In this document: piece by piece, positions 1-9,372 of the stretch
Layout of the letters: every line of letters starts with the position of its first letter
Position numbering within the stretch: the stretch's first letter is position 1
Assembly: GCA_036338695.1 (NCBI GenBank)
Contig: JAYZBQ010000004.1
Coordinates: forward strand, 1-64,000
Source of the DNA: Myxococcota bacterium
Lineage (GTDB): Bacteria; Myxococcota; UBA4151
Direction of reading: 5' to 3'
DNA length: 64,000 bases
The notes under the pieces: generated by a model
Databases searched by the model: none
What the model was told of the DNA's origin: nothing
Seen by the model: only the letters and a program-made list of their open reading frames with translations
Translations under genes and position numbers: made by a program

Positions 1-807
1 GCCGCTGATCGGCCCCAGGAACACGCCCTCGCCGCTGATGGGACCGAGGAAGTGATTATCACCCACGATAATGCTGGAGATGGCGCCGGTGGCGTTGACC
101 GCCGACGCGCCGATTGCGCCTAGGGTGTTGTTGCGCAGCTCGATCGAGCTTGGACCGCTCGCGGCAAGGACTCTGTGCACCTGCGAGAAGACGCTCTGGT
201 GGACCGTCACCGAGGCGCCCGCTGCGGCGTTGATCGCAACCCCCGCCTCTCCGTCTGCGTCGTTGGTCACGGTCAGACCCCAGAGCCGCAGGCGCTGGCC
301 TGCGCCGCGGCTGAGCGGACCTCGGTTCGCGAGCGCCAGCGTTGTCTCGTCTGGGCAGGCGCCGATGATCGTCAGGTCATCGACCGCTGGGAGCTCGAGG
401 TCGTGCTCGCCCTTTGAGAGCACCACGATCGCGCCGGTCACGCCATCGCCGAGGACCTCGGCGGGTGAGCGCGTGGGCGTATCGACGGTGGCGCCATCGC
501 CCTGTCCGGTGGCGCTCACATACAGCACCGGTGTGGCGCCAGCCTCACGGATCCAGCGGTGTCCCTGGGCAAATGCGCCAGGGCGACATTGCGCCTGAGC
601 GCCCAACCCCTCGAGCAAGCACAGGTCGGAGACCGAATCCGTGATCTGGCAGTTCGGCAAGCCCGCATCACGCACACCGGCGTCGGCGCTCCCTGCGTCC
701 CTCGGGACGCCCGCGTCGGCGCGTTGATCGTTGACATCGCCTCCGCTGCACGCGGTCAGCGCGGTTGCAGCGAGTACCCACAAAGTAGTTCGTGTCATGC
801 CGTTCAT
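1..807 (-). CDS. Lipoprotein with probable right-handed beta-helix (pectin-lyase-like) region; truncated by the left window edge
   Basis: Not in ORF track. Manual translation: MNGMTRTTLWVLAATALTAC (lipobox LTAC), DAG repeats, YVSATGQGDG, LTIIGAC, LRLWGLTV, IELRNNTL; frame open to base 1. Start may be 798. Confidence 0.8.
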   Translation of the reverse strand, partial: MNGMTRTTLWVLAATALTACSGGDVNDQRADAGVPRDAGSADAGVRDAGLPNCQITDSVSDLCLLEGLGAQAQCRPGAFAQGHRWIREAGATPVLYVSATGQGDGATVDTPTRSPAEVLGDGVTGAIVVLSKGEHDLELPAVDDLTIIGACPDETTLALANRGPLSRGAGQRLRLWGLTVTNDADGEAGVAINAAAGASVTVHQSVFSQVHRVLAASGPSSIELRNNTLGAIGASAVNATGAISSIIVGDNHFLGPISGEGVFLGPISG

Positions 808-847
808 CCTCTTCGGCACCTAAGCACAGCCCCCGCTAAATGCAAAC

Positions 848-1230
848 TCAGGGCAGCGTACCCCACAGCCCGTTGGCGTCACGTCCGGTCGCGATGGCCG
901 CGCCGCGCACCGTGAGCAGGTAGCCCCAACACCGAACCTTCCGGTCCGCTCGTAACGTACAGGTGTGCTTTCGACCGACGGTGAGCTCGAGGATCGGCGA
1001 CGTGTCTGCCGCCTGAGATAAGTCGTTCTCGAGAGGGGGGATCGCTTGGAGGTCGTCGGCGACCGGCTGACCCGCTTGACCCGACCAGACGATGCTAGGC
1101 GCACCCCAGCACTTCAGGGCCGACGGGTCATCGCCCACCACGCAGCCGTGGTTGTCGCCCATCCCCAGATGCGTGACCGCCCCGACCCCTAAGATGGGAC
1201 CCGGTAAGACGCCGCCGCGGCTTGTCCCTC
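848..1230 (-). pseudogene. RCC1/BLIP-II-like repeat fragment, out of frame with the upstream lipoprotein
   Basis: GPILGVGAVTHLGMGDNHGC..CWG and LTVGRKHTCTLRADRKVRCWG are RCC1-type blades. Only about 2 repeats and no convincing start. Confidence 0.55.
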
Positions 1231-1740
1231 ACGAAGGTCCGACCCCTCAACGTGGATACCCCACAGCCGCAGGCTGTCGCCCTCTTGGCGCGTGATGGCG
1301 GCGGCCTCAGTCAGGCTCAGGGTCGACTCATCGGCGCAACGCCCGATCACGGTCAGGCTCGCCGGGAGCGTGGTGGGGACGTCGAAACGTCCGGCGCCCA
1401 AGACCACCGTCAGCGCCTCGTGTTCCGCTACCACGTCCGCGATTGAACCCGCTGGTTGCTCGGCTAAACGCCCCTCTCCGTTTGCGCCGCTCGCAACATA
1501 GCGCACGGTCGCCGCGTCATCGAGCCAGGCGTGATCGACGCTGAAGGTACCTTGGGGGCAAGCCACCTGCCGAGTCTCGACGTCGAGGCAGCGCTGCGTG
1601 AGCGGGTCGGTCTGTGTGCAGGGGGTAACGCCCGCATCAGCCCCTGAACTGCCGGCCTCGATGGGGTCATCGGCGCTGGGTAGGGCGGCGGAGCACCCCT
1701 GCACAGCCAGCACAAACAGGGCAGCGAACAAGGAGCGCAT
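1189..1740 (-). CDS. Lipoprotein paralogous to the gene at <1..807, apparently truncated
   Basis: GGAGG RBS then ATG at 1740; lipobox VQGC. Shares Cys pattern, YV..G.G.G, L.IIG.C and LRLWG.V with its neighbour, then stops about 17 aa later. Confidence 0.7.
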   Translation of the reverse strand: MRSLFAALFVLAVQGCSAALPSADDPIEAGSSGADAGVTPCTQTDPLTQRCLDVETRQVACPQGTFSVDHAWLDDAATVRYVASGANGEGRLAEQPAGSIADVVAEHEALTVVLGAGRFDVPTTLPASLTVIGRCADESTLSLTEAAAITRQEGDSLRLWGIHVEGSDLREGQAAAASYRVPS

Positions 1741-1849
1741 AGACACCTCCGGCGTGCGAGCGGAATAAAGTGTAGAGGATCTGGTCAAATCCGCACAGAG
1801 GGCTTGCGCCGCGCAAGCAGCCTGCGGCAACTGCGAGGAGGAGGTCCGT

Positions 1850-2626
1850 ATGTACGTTGTTTTGTCACCCGCAAAGAAGCTCAACGAAGGCCCGTGCCTG
1901 GATCACGTAGGGTATACCCAGCTCGACCTGTCGAGCGAGGTGCAGGAGCTGATGGGGGTCACCAAGCCCCTCAAGCCGGAGCAGCTTCGTCAGCTCATGG
2001 GGATCTCGGAGTCGCTCGCCGAGCTCAACGTCAAGCGCTTTGGCTCCATGCAGTGGCCGATGAACACCGACAACGCCCGCCAGGCGGCGCTGATGTTCGC
2101 CGGCGACACGTACACCGGCTTAGACGCCTCCAGCTTGAGCGCCGAGGACCTCGAGTGGGCGCAGCGTCATGTCGGCATTCTCTCGGGGCTGTATGGGTTG
2201 CTTCGTCCGCTCGATCTGATCCAGCCCTATCGCCTCGAGATGGGTACGAAGCTGAGCAACGGGCGCGGCAAGAACCTCTACGCCTTCTGGGGGGATCGGC
2301 TGGCGGCGTTGATCGATGAGCGCCTGGCAGGGCACGATGAGCCGGTGGTCGTGAACTGCGCGTCCAACGAGTACTTCAAGGCGGCGGGCACAAAGGCGCT
2401 CAAGGCGAAGGTGATCACGCCGGTCTTTCTCGAGCAGAAGGGCGAGGTGGCAAAAACGATCAGCTTTCTTGCCAAGCGGGCGCGCGGCGCGATGGCGCGC
2501 TACGTGATCACGAACCGGATCACGGCGCCCGAGCAGCTGCGAGGCTTTGACCTGCTCGACTACCGCTACGACGCCGAGCGAAGCACGGACAACAAGCCCA
2601 CTTTTGTGGCGGTACGAGCTGCCTAA
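1850..2626 (+). CDS. yaaA: Peroxide stress protein YaaA (UPF0246/DUF328)
   Basis: LSPAKK, ILSGLYGLLRP.D.IQPYRLEMG, NCASNEY, AKRARG motifs; GGAGGAGG RBS. Confidence 0.95.
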   Translation: MYVVLSPAKKLNEGPCLDHVGYTQLDLSSEVQELMGVTKPLKPEQLRQLMGISESLAELNVKRFGSMQWPMNTDNARQAALMFAGDTYTGLDASSLSAEDLEWAQRHVGILSGLYGLLRPLDLIQPYRLEMGTKLSNGRGKNLYAFWGDRLAALIDERLAGHDEPVVVNCASNEYFKAAGTKALKAKVITPVFLEQKGEVAKTISFLAKRARGAMARYVITNRITAPEQLRGFDLLDYRYDAERSTDNKPTFVAVRAA

Positions 2627-2627
2627 C

Positions 2628-4151
2628 TTAGGCCGAGGTAACCGCGCGTCGCCGGCGATCCGCCGTGCGCCAGTCTTCGACCACGTCCATCGGATGCATC
2701 GGGTCTGCGAACTCCAGCGTTTTGGCGGCGTCGAGGTCGGTGATCCCGCGGGTCTGGATGTTCACCGATTTGCGGTTGTAGAGCGCGCAGAACAGCCGCC
2801 ACGGGAACAGGTTTTTCACCACCACGATGTCCGCTTGAAGGACGCTCAGGCCGAGGTCGTGGTAGAAGGCGGGCTTCATGACCGCTGGGCTCCGCTCGGT
2901 GATGCAGACGAAGACGTTGCCGGCGCGCACCACCACGGCGCGCCCAAACCCGACGGTCTCATGGCTGCTGACCATGATGCCCTCAAGGTCTAAGGGTTGG
3001 GTAAACTGCGGGTCGATTTTGCCGCCGACGCTGAGCGCAACACCGCTTCCGGCAGGCCGCTCGTACAGCGCGCCGACTGCGGCCTCGTCGCGCAGCGCGG
3101 TCAGGCAGGTGAGGTCCGATGCGCCGCGGATTAATCCTCGAATGATCTCGGTGTTCTCACCGGTTGAGCCGGCGGTGACCGCGTCGGAGATGTCGGCGAA
3201 GAAGACGGCGCCGAGCCGGCGCGCAAGGGGCGCGGCGCGTGCAATGGCGATGCCTTCGTCGACCGACTTGAAGACCGGAGGCGGGACATCTTTGGTGGCC
3301 CACAGCAGCTCGGCGAGCTCGTCGGCGAGCGCCTCGGCGAGGTCCGGGTCATCGTCGGTGACGACATAGCTCGCCCAGCCGAGGTCTGGGTGATCGTGCC
3401 AGGGCTGGCTCATGAACAAAGAGACGTCGAGGACGCGCGGGTCCTGCTCCATCTCCTTCATGCGTTTAAAGACCGGTCGCATTGGCTGCAAAAAGTCCAG
3501 CGTCGCCCCGCCGCCGAGCAGCATCGGCAGAGAGCGCCAAGCCGCGCTGGGTTGGGTCTGCTTGAGGACGCAGTCGATCAGGAGCTCAGCGCAGCGTTTG
3601 CCCACCGCTTTGTGATCACGGTGCGGGTTGGTTTTGTAGGCGCAGAGTGCGTCGGCGTTGTGAAACTTCCTCGGGGTCATCACGGCATGCAGGTCAAAGC
3701 TAACGACCACGGGAACCTCTGGCCCGACGAGCGCCCGGACGCGCTCGATCAGTTCGCCGTCCGGGTCGGTGCTCTCTTCGGAGCGCATCGCGCCGTGAAG
3801 GCATAGATAGACACCATCTAACGGTCCGGCGGCGGACAAGAGCGCCTCGAGCCGCTCGGCGAGGGTGTTGAAGCAGTGGGTGGAGAGACGCGCCGCAGGG
3901 ATCGCCCAAGCGCTCATGAGCGGGATGGTCTCGACCGGGTGACGGTGGGTTCGGCAGCCCTGCGTAAACCCGCTGAGCTCCGCATTTTTCAAAAACCCTT
4001 CGGCCTCGGTGTTTCCGGGGACGCAGCGTTCGCCTAGGGCGTCGCCCTCAAGGTAATGGACGCGCTCAAAGTCCTCGAGTTCCGTACGCAAAGGGGAGAG
4101 CGCGTTGGTCTCTTGAGAGATGCGCGCATAGGCGAGGCGCAGCGGTCTCAT
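2628..4151 (-). CDS. MlrC-like M81 family metallopeptidase/amidohydrolase
   Basis: QETN, LHGAM, D.DG, DLHA, YKTNPH.D motifs; 4-bp overlap with the upstream lyase. Confidence 0.9.
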   Translation of the reverse strand: MRPLRLAYARISQETNALSPLRTELEDFERVHYLEGDALGERCVPGNTEAEGFLKNAELSGFTQGCRTHRHPVETIPLMSAWAIPAARLSTHCFNTLAERLEALLSAAGPLDGVYLCLHGAMRSEESTDPDGELIERVRALVGPEVPVVVSFDLHAVMTPRKFHNADALCAYKTNPHRDHKAVGKRCAELLIDCVLKQTQPSAAWRSLPMLLGGGATLDFLQPMRPVFKRMKEMEQDPRVLDVSLFMSQPWHDHPDLGWASYVVTDDDPDLAEALADELAELLWATKDVPPPVFKSVDEGIAIARAAPLARRLGAVFFADISDAVTAGSTGENTEIIRGLIRGASDLTCLTALRDEAAVGALYERPAGSGVALSVGGKIDPQFTQPLDLEGIMVSSHETVGFGRAVVVRAGNVFVCITERSPAVMKPAFYHDLGLSVLQADIVVVKNLFPWRLFCALYNRKSVNIQTRGITDLDAAKTLEFADPMHPMDVVEDWRTADRRRRAVTSA

Positions 4152-5629
4152 CCTGCGTTTCTCCCGACCAGCTTCTTGAGCCGGTTGCGCGCCGCGTCGA
4201 GCTTATCGAGCGCAGTCTGCGCTTGGTCTCCGTATTTGTTGATCAGCCCGAGCACGAAGCCGTCGTCATCGCCTTGACCTAAGTTCGCCATGTCGGGCGC
4301 GTTGCCGCCGGCGGCGTACATGCCCTCCATCACCTTGCGGACGCTGTGTTTGACCAGACCTCGCACCGGGACTTTCGCCATCATGCCGTACATCGCCGCC
4401 TCACCGCTGCGCTTGAGCTCAGGGTTCGCCTTGACCGCTGCGACCGCTTGAGAAAGGTCCTCAAGGTACTCGTCGATGACCGGCGCGTTGCGGGCGTTGA
4501 CCGTCAGGTGAACGCTGGCTGGATGCTGCTGACGCCCGACGTCCCAACCCTTGCTGGCGAGCTGGTCCGCCACGGCGTAGATGTCCACCTCATCGCTGGC
4601 GCTGGCGTAGGTCACGATCGTGGCGTGCGGCAGCCCCATGAGCTTGAGCTCCGGGATAAGGGCGATGCCCCCGCGTAGGCGCTCGCTCGCCTCCCAGGCG
4701 CTGCGCGCCAAGCGGCAGTAGCCGTCCTCGCCCATCGCCTGAAGCGCCGCCCAAGCCGCTGCGATCGGGCCGCCAGGGCGGGTACCTGCCATCGAAGGCC
4801 CTGCGTAGATTCCGCCAGGCCAGTCGGTCGTCACGAAGAACTGGTGGGTCAGGTAGGACATGTTGCGGTAGAGGATCGTCGATGCGCCTTTGGCGGCGAA
4901 GCCGTATTTGTGCAGGTCGGCTGAGATCGAGGTCACGCCAGGGACTCGGAAATCCCAGGCGGGTACCGGCACGCCGATTTTCTCGAGCCACGGCAGGATA
5001 AAGCCGCCGAAGCAGGCGTCGACGTGCAGCGGGACCTTACGGCGCAGCGCAAGCGCTCCGAGCTCTTGGATCGGATCGATCGTTCCGTGCGGGTACTGCG
5101 GCGCCGAGCCGACGATCATGATCGTCTTTCGGTTGATCAGTTTCGCCACCTGGCGGGTGTCGACCTGACCGCGCTCATCGACCGCTGCGCGCCGGATCTT
5201 GACGCCGAAGTAATGCGAGGCTTTGTCAAAGGCGACGTGCGCTGTGGTCGGCAGGATCATCTCGGGGTTGAGCAGCCAGGGCTTCTTTTTCTTGGCGCGG
5301 TCGCGGTAGGCTTTGACCGCCATGAGGATGCTCTCTGTGCCGCCCGAGGTCATGGTGCCGACGGTCTCGTCGTCGCCGTGCAGCATGGTGGCCGTCATCC
5401 GCACGACCTGGTCTTCGAGCGTCTTGAGGCTCTGGAAGGCCATGGGGTTGAGACCGTTTTCGCTGAAGTAGCTGTTGTGCGCCTTTTTCAGGAAGTCGTA
5501 GTAGGCGTCATTGACATAGTACACCAGACTCCAGGACTTGCCGGCGCGGTAGTCAAGGTCCTGAGAGCCTTTGGCGCCGAGGTCTTTGAGCACCTCGTCG
5601 AAGGGCCGGCCCGTCTTTGGAATTGTCAT
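4148..5629 (-). CDS. Sphingosine-1-phosphate lyase-like PLP-dependent enzyme (group II decarboxylase fold)
   Basis: TSGGTESI, AHVAFDKA, SAPQYPHG.IDPI, HVDAC.GGF, SISADLHKYG (PLP Lys), WPGGIYA.P..AGTRPG, AAMYGM. Confidence 0.88.
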   Translation of the reverse strand: MTIPKTGRPFDEVLKDLGAKGSQDLDYRAGKSWSLVYYVNDAYYDFLKKAHNSYFSENGLNPMAFQSLKTLEDQVVRMTATMLHGDDETVGTMTSGGTESILMAVKAYRDRAKKKKPWLLNPEMILPTTAHVAFDKASHYFGVKIRRAAVDERGQVDTRQVAKLINRKTIMIVGSAPQYPHGTIDPIQELGALALRRKVPLHVDACFGGFILPWLEKIGVPVPAWDFRVPGVTSISADLHKYGFAAKGASTILYRNMSYLTHQFFVTTDWPGGIYAGPSMAGTRPGGPIAAAWAALQAMGEDGYCRLARSAWEASERLRGGIALIPELKLMGLPHATIVTYASASDEVDIYAVADQLASKGWDVGRQQHPASVHLTVNARNAPVIDEYLEDLSQAVAAVKANPELKRSGEAAMYGMMAKVPVRGLVKHSVRKVMEGMYAAGGNAPDMANLGQGDDDGFVLGLINKYGDQAQTALDKLDAARNRLKKLVGRNAG

Positions 5630-5753
5630 GATTATCCTCTAGCATCGATGCCCGTCACTATCGCCTTGCGCAGTCCGTGACTAGCAAGGCCGGTGCTTTC
5701 TTGAGAGGACCGCTGAGTCGGGGCACACTGGGTTGGATCGAAAAGGGGTCGCG

Positions 5754-7061
5754 TTGCGTCGTTGGGTTCTCATCATGATCGGCGCCTGCTCGCTTGCGTG
5801 CGCCCAGGTGATCGAGGTCGAGAGCGTCGAGCGCTCAGGCGGCTACGGTGGCCCGTGCGTCGTCGGGTCGATCTGTGCCAACGGTCTGAGCTGCCAGTTT
5901 GGCTACTGCCCCCTGGTCGACGCGGGCACGGCTCCTGATGCCTCAAGCGGTGCAGCGGACGCAGCTCAGTTGCCCGAAGGGGTCTGCGGTGATGGGGTCT
6001 TGAACCGCGGTGAAGCCTGCGACGACGCAAACGACGCCCAAGACGATGCGTGCCTTTCTGACTGCACTCTGGCTCGCTGCGGTGATGGGGTGATTCGTCG
6101 TGATCTTGGTCCGCGTGATGAGGGGTACGAGATCTGCGACGATGGCAACGAGGTCGACGAGGATGCGTGTACCAGCGAGTGCGTCGTAGCCGTCTGCGGC
6201 GACGGCATCGTCCGAACCGATCTCGAGCCCGATGATCGAGCTTATGAAGCGTGCGATGACGGCAATTACGACTCGACCGACTCGTGCCTCGAGAGCTGCC
6301 GGTTCGCGCGTTGCGGCGACGGCTTTGTTCACGAGGGTGTGGAGGCCTGCGATCCGGGCGTGGAAGCTTTGGCTGCGTACTGCAGCGAGGACTGTGTCGT
6401 GCTTGGAGGCGTTCGCCTGGGCACAGGCGCTGAGGCTGAGGATCCGGCGTCGAACTGCCGCATCATCCAGTCGTTGGTGCCCGACGCGGCCGATGGTCTG
6501 TATTGGCTGGATACGGACGGCGATGGTGATGAGCCGGCGGCTCAGGTTCACTGCGACATGACGACGCAAGGAGGCGGCTGGACGCGCACGATGATGCTCC
6601 GCCGAGCTGATGCGCTCTGGGACGCGTGGATCACGCGCTCGGGTGACTCCGCTGCGGGTGTTTTGTACGGCTTACCCCTGCGAGACTTTGCCGCCGATGA
6701 GCGGGGGGAGTCGCTTGAGATCGTGTTCAAGGTCGATGGCGTCGCCCGACCCTTCGTTTATCGCGGTGTCCATTACAGTGCTTGGAACCCCGTGATGGGG
6801 CGTTCTCAGTACGACGACGCCTTTGAGTTGCGTCGCTTTGAAGACCAGGAATTTGCTCCTTGTACAGGGCGGTTTCGGCACGAAAACAGCAGCTGGAATT
6901 GGGCGATGGCGAGTGGCGGTGCGGGGTGTGGTGGTTACCGTACGACCGGATTTATTGTGCATGGATCGGGAAGCCAGCATGATCACGCTCATCAACTGTG
7001 GGGTCTCGGTGGATATGCTGCCACAACGACCTTTCAAACCATCGAGGTGCTGGTACGGTGA
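5754..7061 (+). CDS. Lipoprotein with 4 Myxococcus Cys-rich (DUF4215) repeats and a fibrinogen-like YCDxxxxGGGW domain
   Basis: Lipobox SLAC; CGDG..E.CDDGN repeats; ASNC..DGLYWL..HCDMTTQGGGW. Start uncertain (5733/5754/5775). Confidence 0.85.
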   Translation: MRRWVLIMIGACSLACAQVIEVESVERSGGYGGPCVVGSICANGLSCQFGYCPLVDAGTAPDASSGAADAAQLPEGVCGDGVLNRGEACDDANDAQDDACLSDCTLARCGDGVIRRDLGPRDEGYEICDDGNEVDEDACTSECVVAVCGDGIVRTDLEPDDRAYEACDDGNYDSTDSCLESCRFARCGDGFVHEGVEACDPGVEALAAYCSEDCVVLGGVRLGTGAEAEDPASNCRIIQSLVPDAADGLYWLDTDGDGDEPAAQVHCDMTTQGGGWTRTMMLRRADALWDAWITRSGDSAAGVLYGLPLRDFAADERGESLEIVFKVDGVARPFVYRGVHYSAWNPVMGRSQYDDAFELRRFEDQEFAPCTGRFRHENSSWNWAMASGGAGCGGYRTTGFIVHGSGSQHDHAHQLWGLGGYAATTTFQTIEVLVR

Positions 7062-9298
7062 AGCGACTTGTTCTGATCTTGGCTTTGCTCCCCTTCGCCG
7101 CCAGCGCGAGTGACGACGACATCTTCTTGCAAGGGATGGCGCCCGAGGTGGAAGAGAGTGAAAAAAAACCTGTCTTCGTTGTACCCCTGCAGCCTGTTTG
7201 GAACAGCGCAGACGCCAACCTGCTGCTCAAAGTGGGGAAGAACTTAGTCACCTTGATCGAAGAGGCTGGGCCCTGGAAGGTCGTCTTTTATGACGAGACC
7301 AAAGAGCTCAAAAAAGTGCAGGACCACGAAGCCCGGCTCCACAAAAAATGGCTTAAAGAGGTCGTCTACACCGAGGCGTTGCTCAAGCACCGGCGCGCCG
7401 GTCATGCCACGTCGGGCGCAGCGCGTGTGACCCGCCTGCAAAGTCAGAACGCAGGCTATCTGCGGACGCCGAATCTCTACTGCCGCAGCCTGATGATCGT
7501 CGCCGAGGGGCGCCTTTTTATGGGGCAAGTCGCCAAGGCGAAGAAGACGCTGCGCCGGCTCGCAGGGACCTGCGAGCGCGCGGACCTTGAGAAGAGCCGG
7601 TTGACGCCGACGAAGCGGTTCAAAGCCCTGCTTGAGGAGGCTCGGCAGGCGGCGGAGCGTGAAGCGAGCGGCGAGCTGACGGTGACAGTCGATGTGCCGG
7701 GGACGGACGTGTACCTAAACGGTCGGCGGCTTGGGCCGGCACCGCTGACGCTTAAAAAGATCCCAGCCGGCGAGCACCTCGTGGGCGTGTTTCGTGAGGG
7801 GTTTAAGCCTTGGGGTAAGAAGGTTCAGATCGATCCGGGCGAGACCGTGACGCTGCAAGCGACTGTGACCCGAGGCATGGGCGGACAGGATCAGCAGCGC
7901 ATGCTGTCGACGCTGCGTGACAACCGCGTCGACGCCAACGTGGCGCGGGTGGTCGGGCGCTTGTTCAAGCGCCACGGCAAGAAGGCCGTGATGGGGCTGT
8001 TTGGCGGCGTGGCGAAGCAGGGCAACCAGATCTGGGTGACGCTGTACGCTGTCGATAAGCGAGGCCGCGCCATTCGGCTCAAACAGATGAAGTTTGACCC
8101 AGACTTTTTGACGGCGCACCTGGCGCTGTCACCGGTCATGGAAGAGATCGGTGCGCTGGCAGAAGCCTTCCAAGGCTCCCTGCTGTCCCAAGCGATTTTG
8201 CTCGATGGCCTCGACGCCGTGGTGAGTAAGCCGCGTGTGCTGGGGTGGCGCGTGATGAAGGAGGAAGCGTCGGAGGCCGCGGGTGAGGTCGTCGCCCGAG
8301 GGCCGGTGCGGCGCGGTCCCGTGGGCCGAGGCGGTGCGCAAGCGGCGGTTGCGGCTGCGCCCGCAGCGCGCACTCGCCCCCCTGAGTCGGCGCCAGCATT
8401 TGCGAAGAAGTCGTCGAAGCAGGTGCCAACGACAAAGCCTGCAAAGCCAAAGGCGGCAGCCCCTAAAGCGCCCCCGACGCCGAGCCCTGAGGAGCTGGCT
8501 GCTGAGCTCGCCGCGCTCGACGCCGAGGAGGAGAGCCTCGCAGCGGAGATGGAGGCGCTCGCCGTCAAAGAGGCGTCGGAGGCGACCGGCCTCAGCGTTG
8601 AGCAGCTGCAACGGCGCGCCGAGCGCGACATGCGAATGCGTATTTGGGCTGCTATGGATCCGGATCACGTGCTCGAGTTCCAAGCCCTTGGGGCGCTCGG
8701 GTTGAGCAGCGCAAGCGGCGGCGCGCTTCAAGCGAGTTATCTTCGCCGGCAGCCGACGCCGATGCTCGGGGTTTGGGGTGCCTTTGGCGTGGAGGGCTTC
8801 GTCGGTCAGCTCGGAGCCGACTGGCAAGATCGTACCTATTTTGCGGCGATGGATAACCCGTTCAAGCAGAGCACACGCGACAACCCAGAGCTCAAAGAGC
8901 GGGTGCGCGTGATCCCGGGGAGCAGCCTCGGCCTGCGCGCCGTCGGGCGACTGGGTCTCGATTTAGGAGACGGTCGCCTGCGTCTTCTTGGGCAGGCGGG
9001 TCTCGGCTACGCCATGCACCGCTCCAGCCTGAAGCACGAGCAGTATACGATTGACTCCGAGGGCTTCGCCGTCGCCGGGAGCGGCGTCGCGATCCAAGAT
9101 TCGATCGTCTTCCCCTGGGCGGGGCCTGAGGTGAGCGGTTCAGTCGGGGCGGCTTACCGCCTTGTCGGGACCAGCTGGCGGTTGCTCGGCAAGGTGCAGT
9201 GGCAGCAGACGCTGCTGGGTAGTGTGCAGAGCTTTGTGACGGGTCAGGGCGCCCAGTCGACGCTCGGACTTGCGGTCGGGGTATCGGGAACTTTTTAG
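7058..9298 (+). CDS. Secreted PEGA-domain protein with Ala/Pro/Lys linker and probable C-terminal outer-membrane beta-barrel
   Basis: GTG overlaps the upstream TGA. Signal peptide; PEGA motif (GELTV..PGTDVYLNG..LG.APL..IPAGEH); alternating amphipathic strands ending GVSGTF. Confidence 0.8.
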   Translation: MKRLVLILALLPFAASASDDDIFLQGMAPEVEESEKKPVFVVPLQPVWNSADANLLLKVGKNLVTLIEEAGPWKVVFYDETKELKKVQDHEARLHKKWLKEVVYTEALLKHRRAGHATSGAARVTRLQSQNAGYLRTPNLYCRSLMIVAEGRLFMGQVAKAKKTLRRLAGTCERADLEKSRLTPTKRFKALLEEARQAAEREASGELTVTVDVPGTDVYLNGRRLGPAPLTLKKIPAGEHLVGVFREGFKPWGKKVQIDPGETVTLQATVTRGMGGQDQQRMLSTLRDNRVDANVARVVGRLFKRHGKKAVMGLFGGVAKQGNQIWVTLYAVDKRGRAIRLKQMKFDPDFLTAHLALSPVMEEIGALAEAFQGSLLSQAILLDGLDAVVSKPRVLGWRVMKEEASEAAGEVVARGPVRRGPVGRGGAQAAVAAAPAARTRPPESAPAFAKKSSKQVPTTKPAKPKAAAPKAPPTPSPEELAAELAALDAEEESLAAEMEALAVKEASEATGLSVEQLQRRAERDMRMRIWAAMDPDHVLEFQALGALGLSSASGGALQASYLRRQPTPMLGVWGAFGVEGFVGQLGADWQDRTYFAAMDNPFKQSTRDNPELKERVRVIPGSSLGLRAVGRLGLDLGDGRLRLLGQAGLGYAMHRSSLKHEQYTIDSEGFAVAGSGVAIQDSIVFPWAGPEVSGSVGAAYRLVGTSWRLLGKVQWQQTLLGSVQSFVTGQGAQSTLGLAVGVSGTF

Positions 9299-9372
9299 GC
9301 GGGTTGCTCCGAGTTTTGTCGGATGCGCTCAAGGAGGCGGTGTGGGCATGGTGTGCCCCCGAGGAGTCTCCG

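Noticed and set aside
71..915. Plus-strand ORFs at the left end
   Set aside because: They are antisense to the open minus-strand lipoprotein gene.
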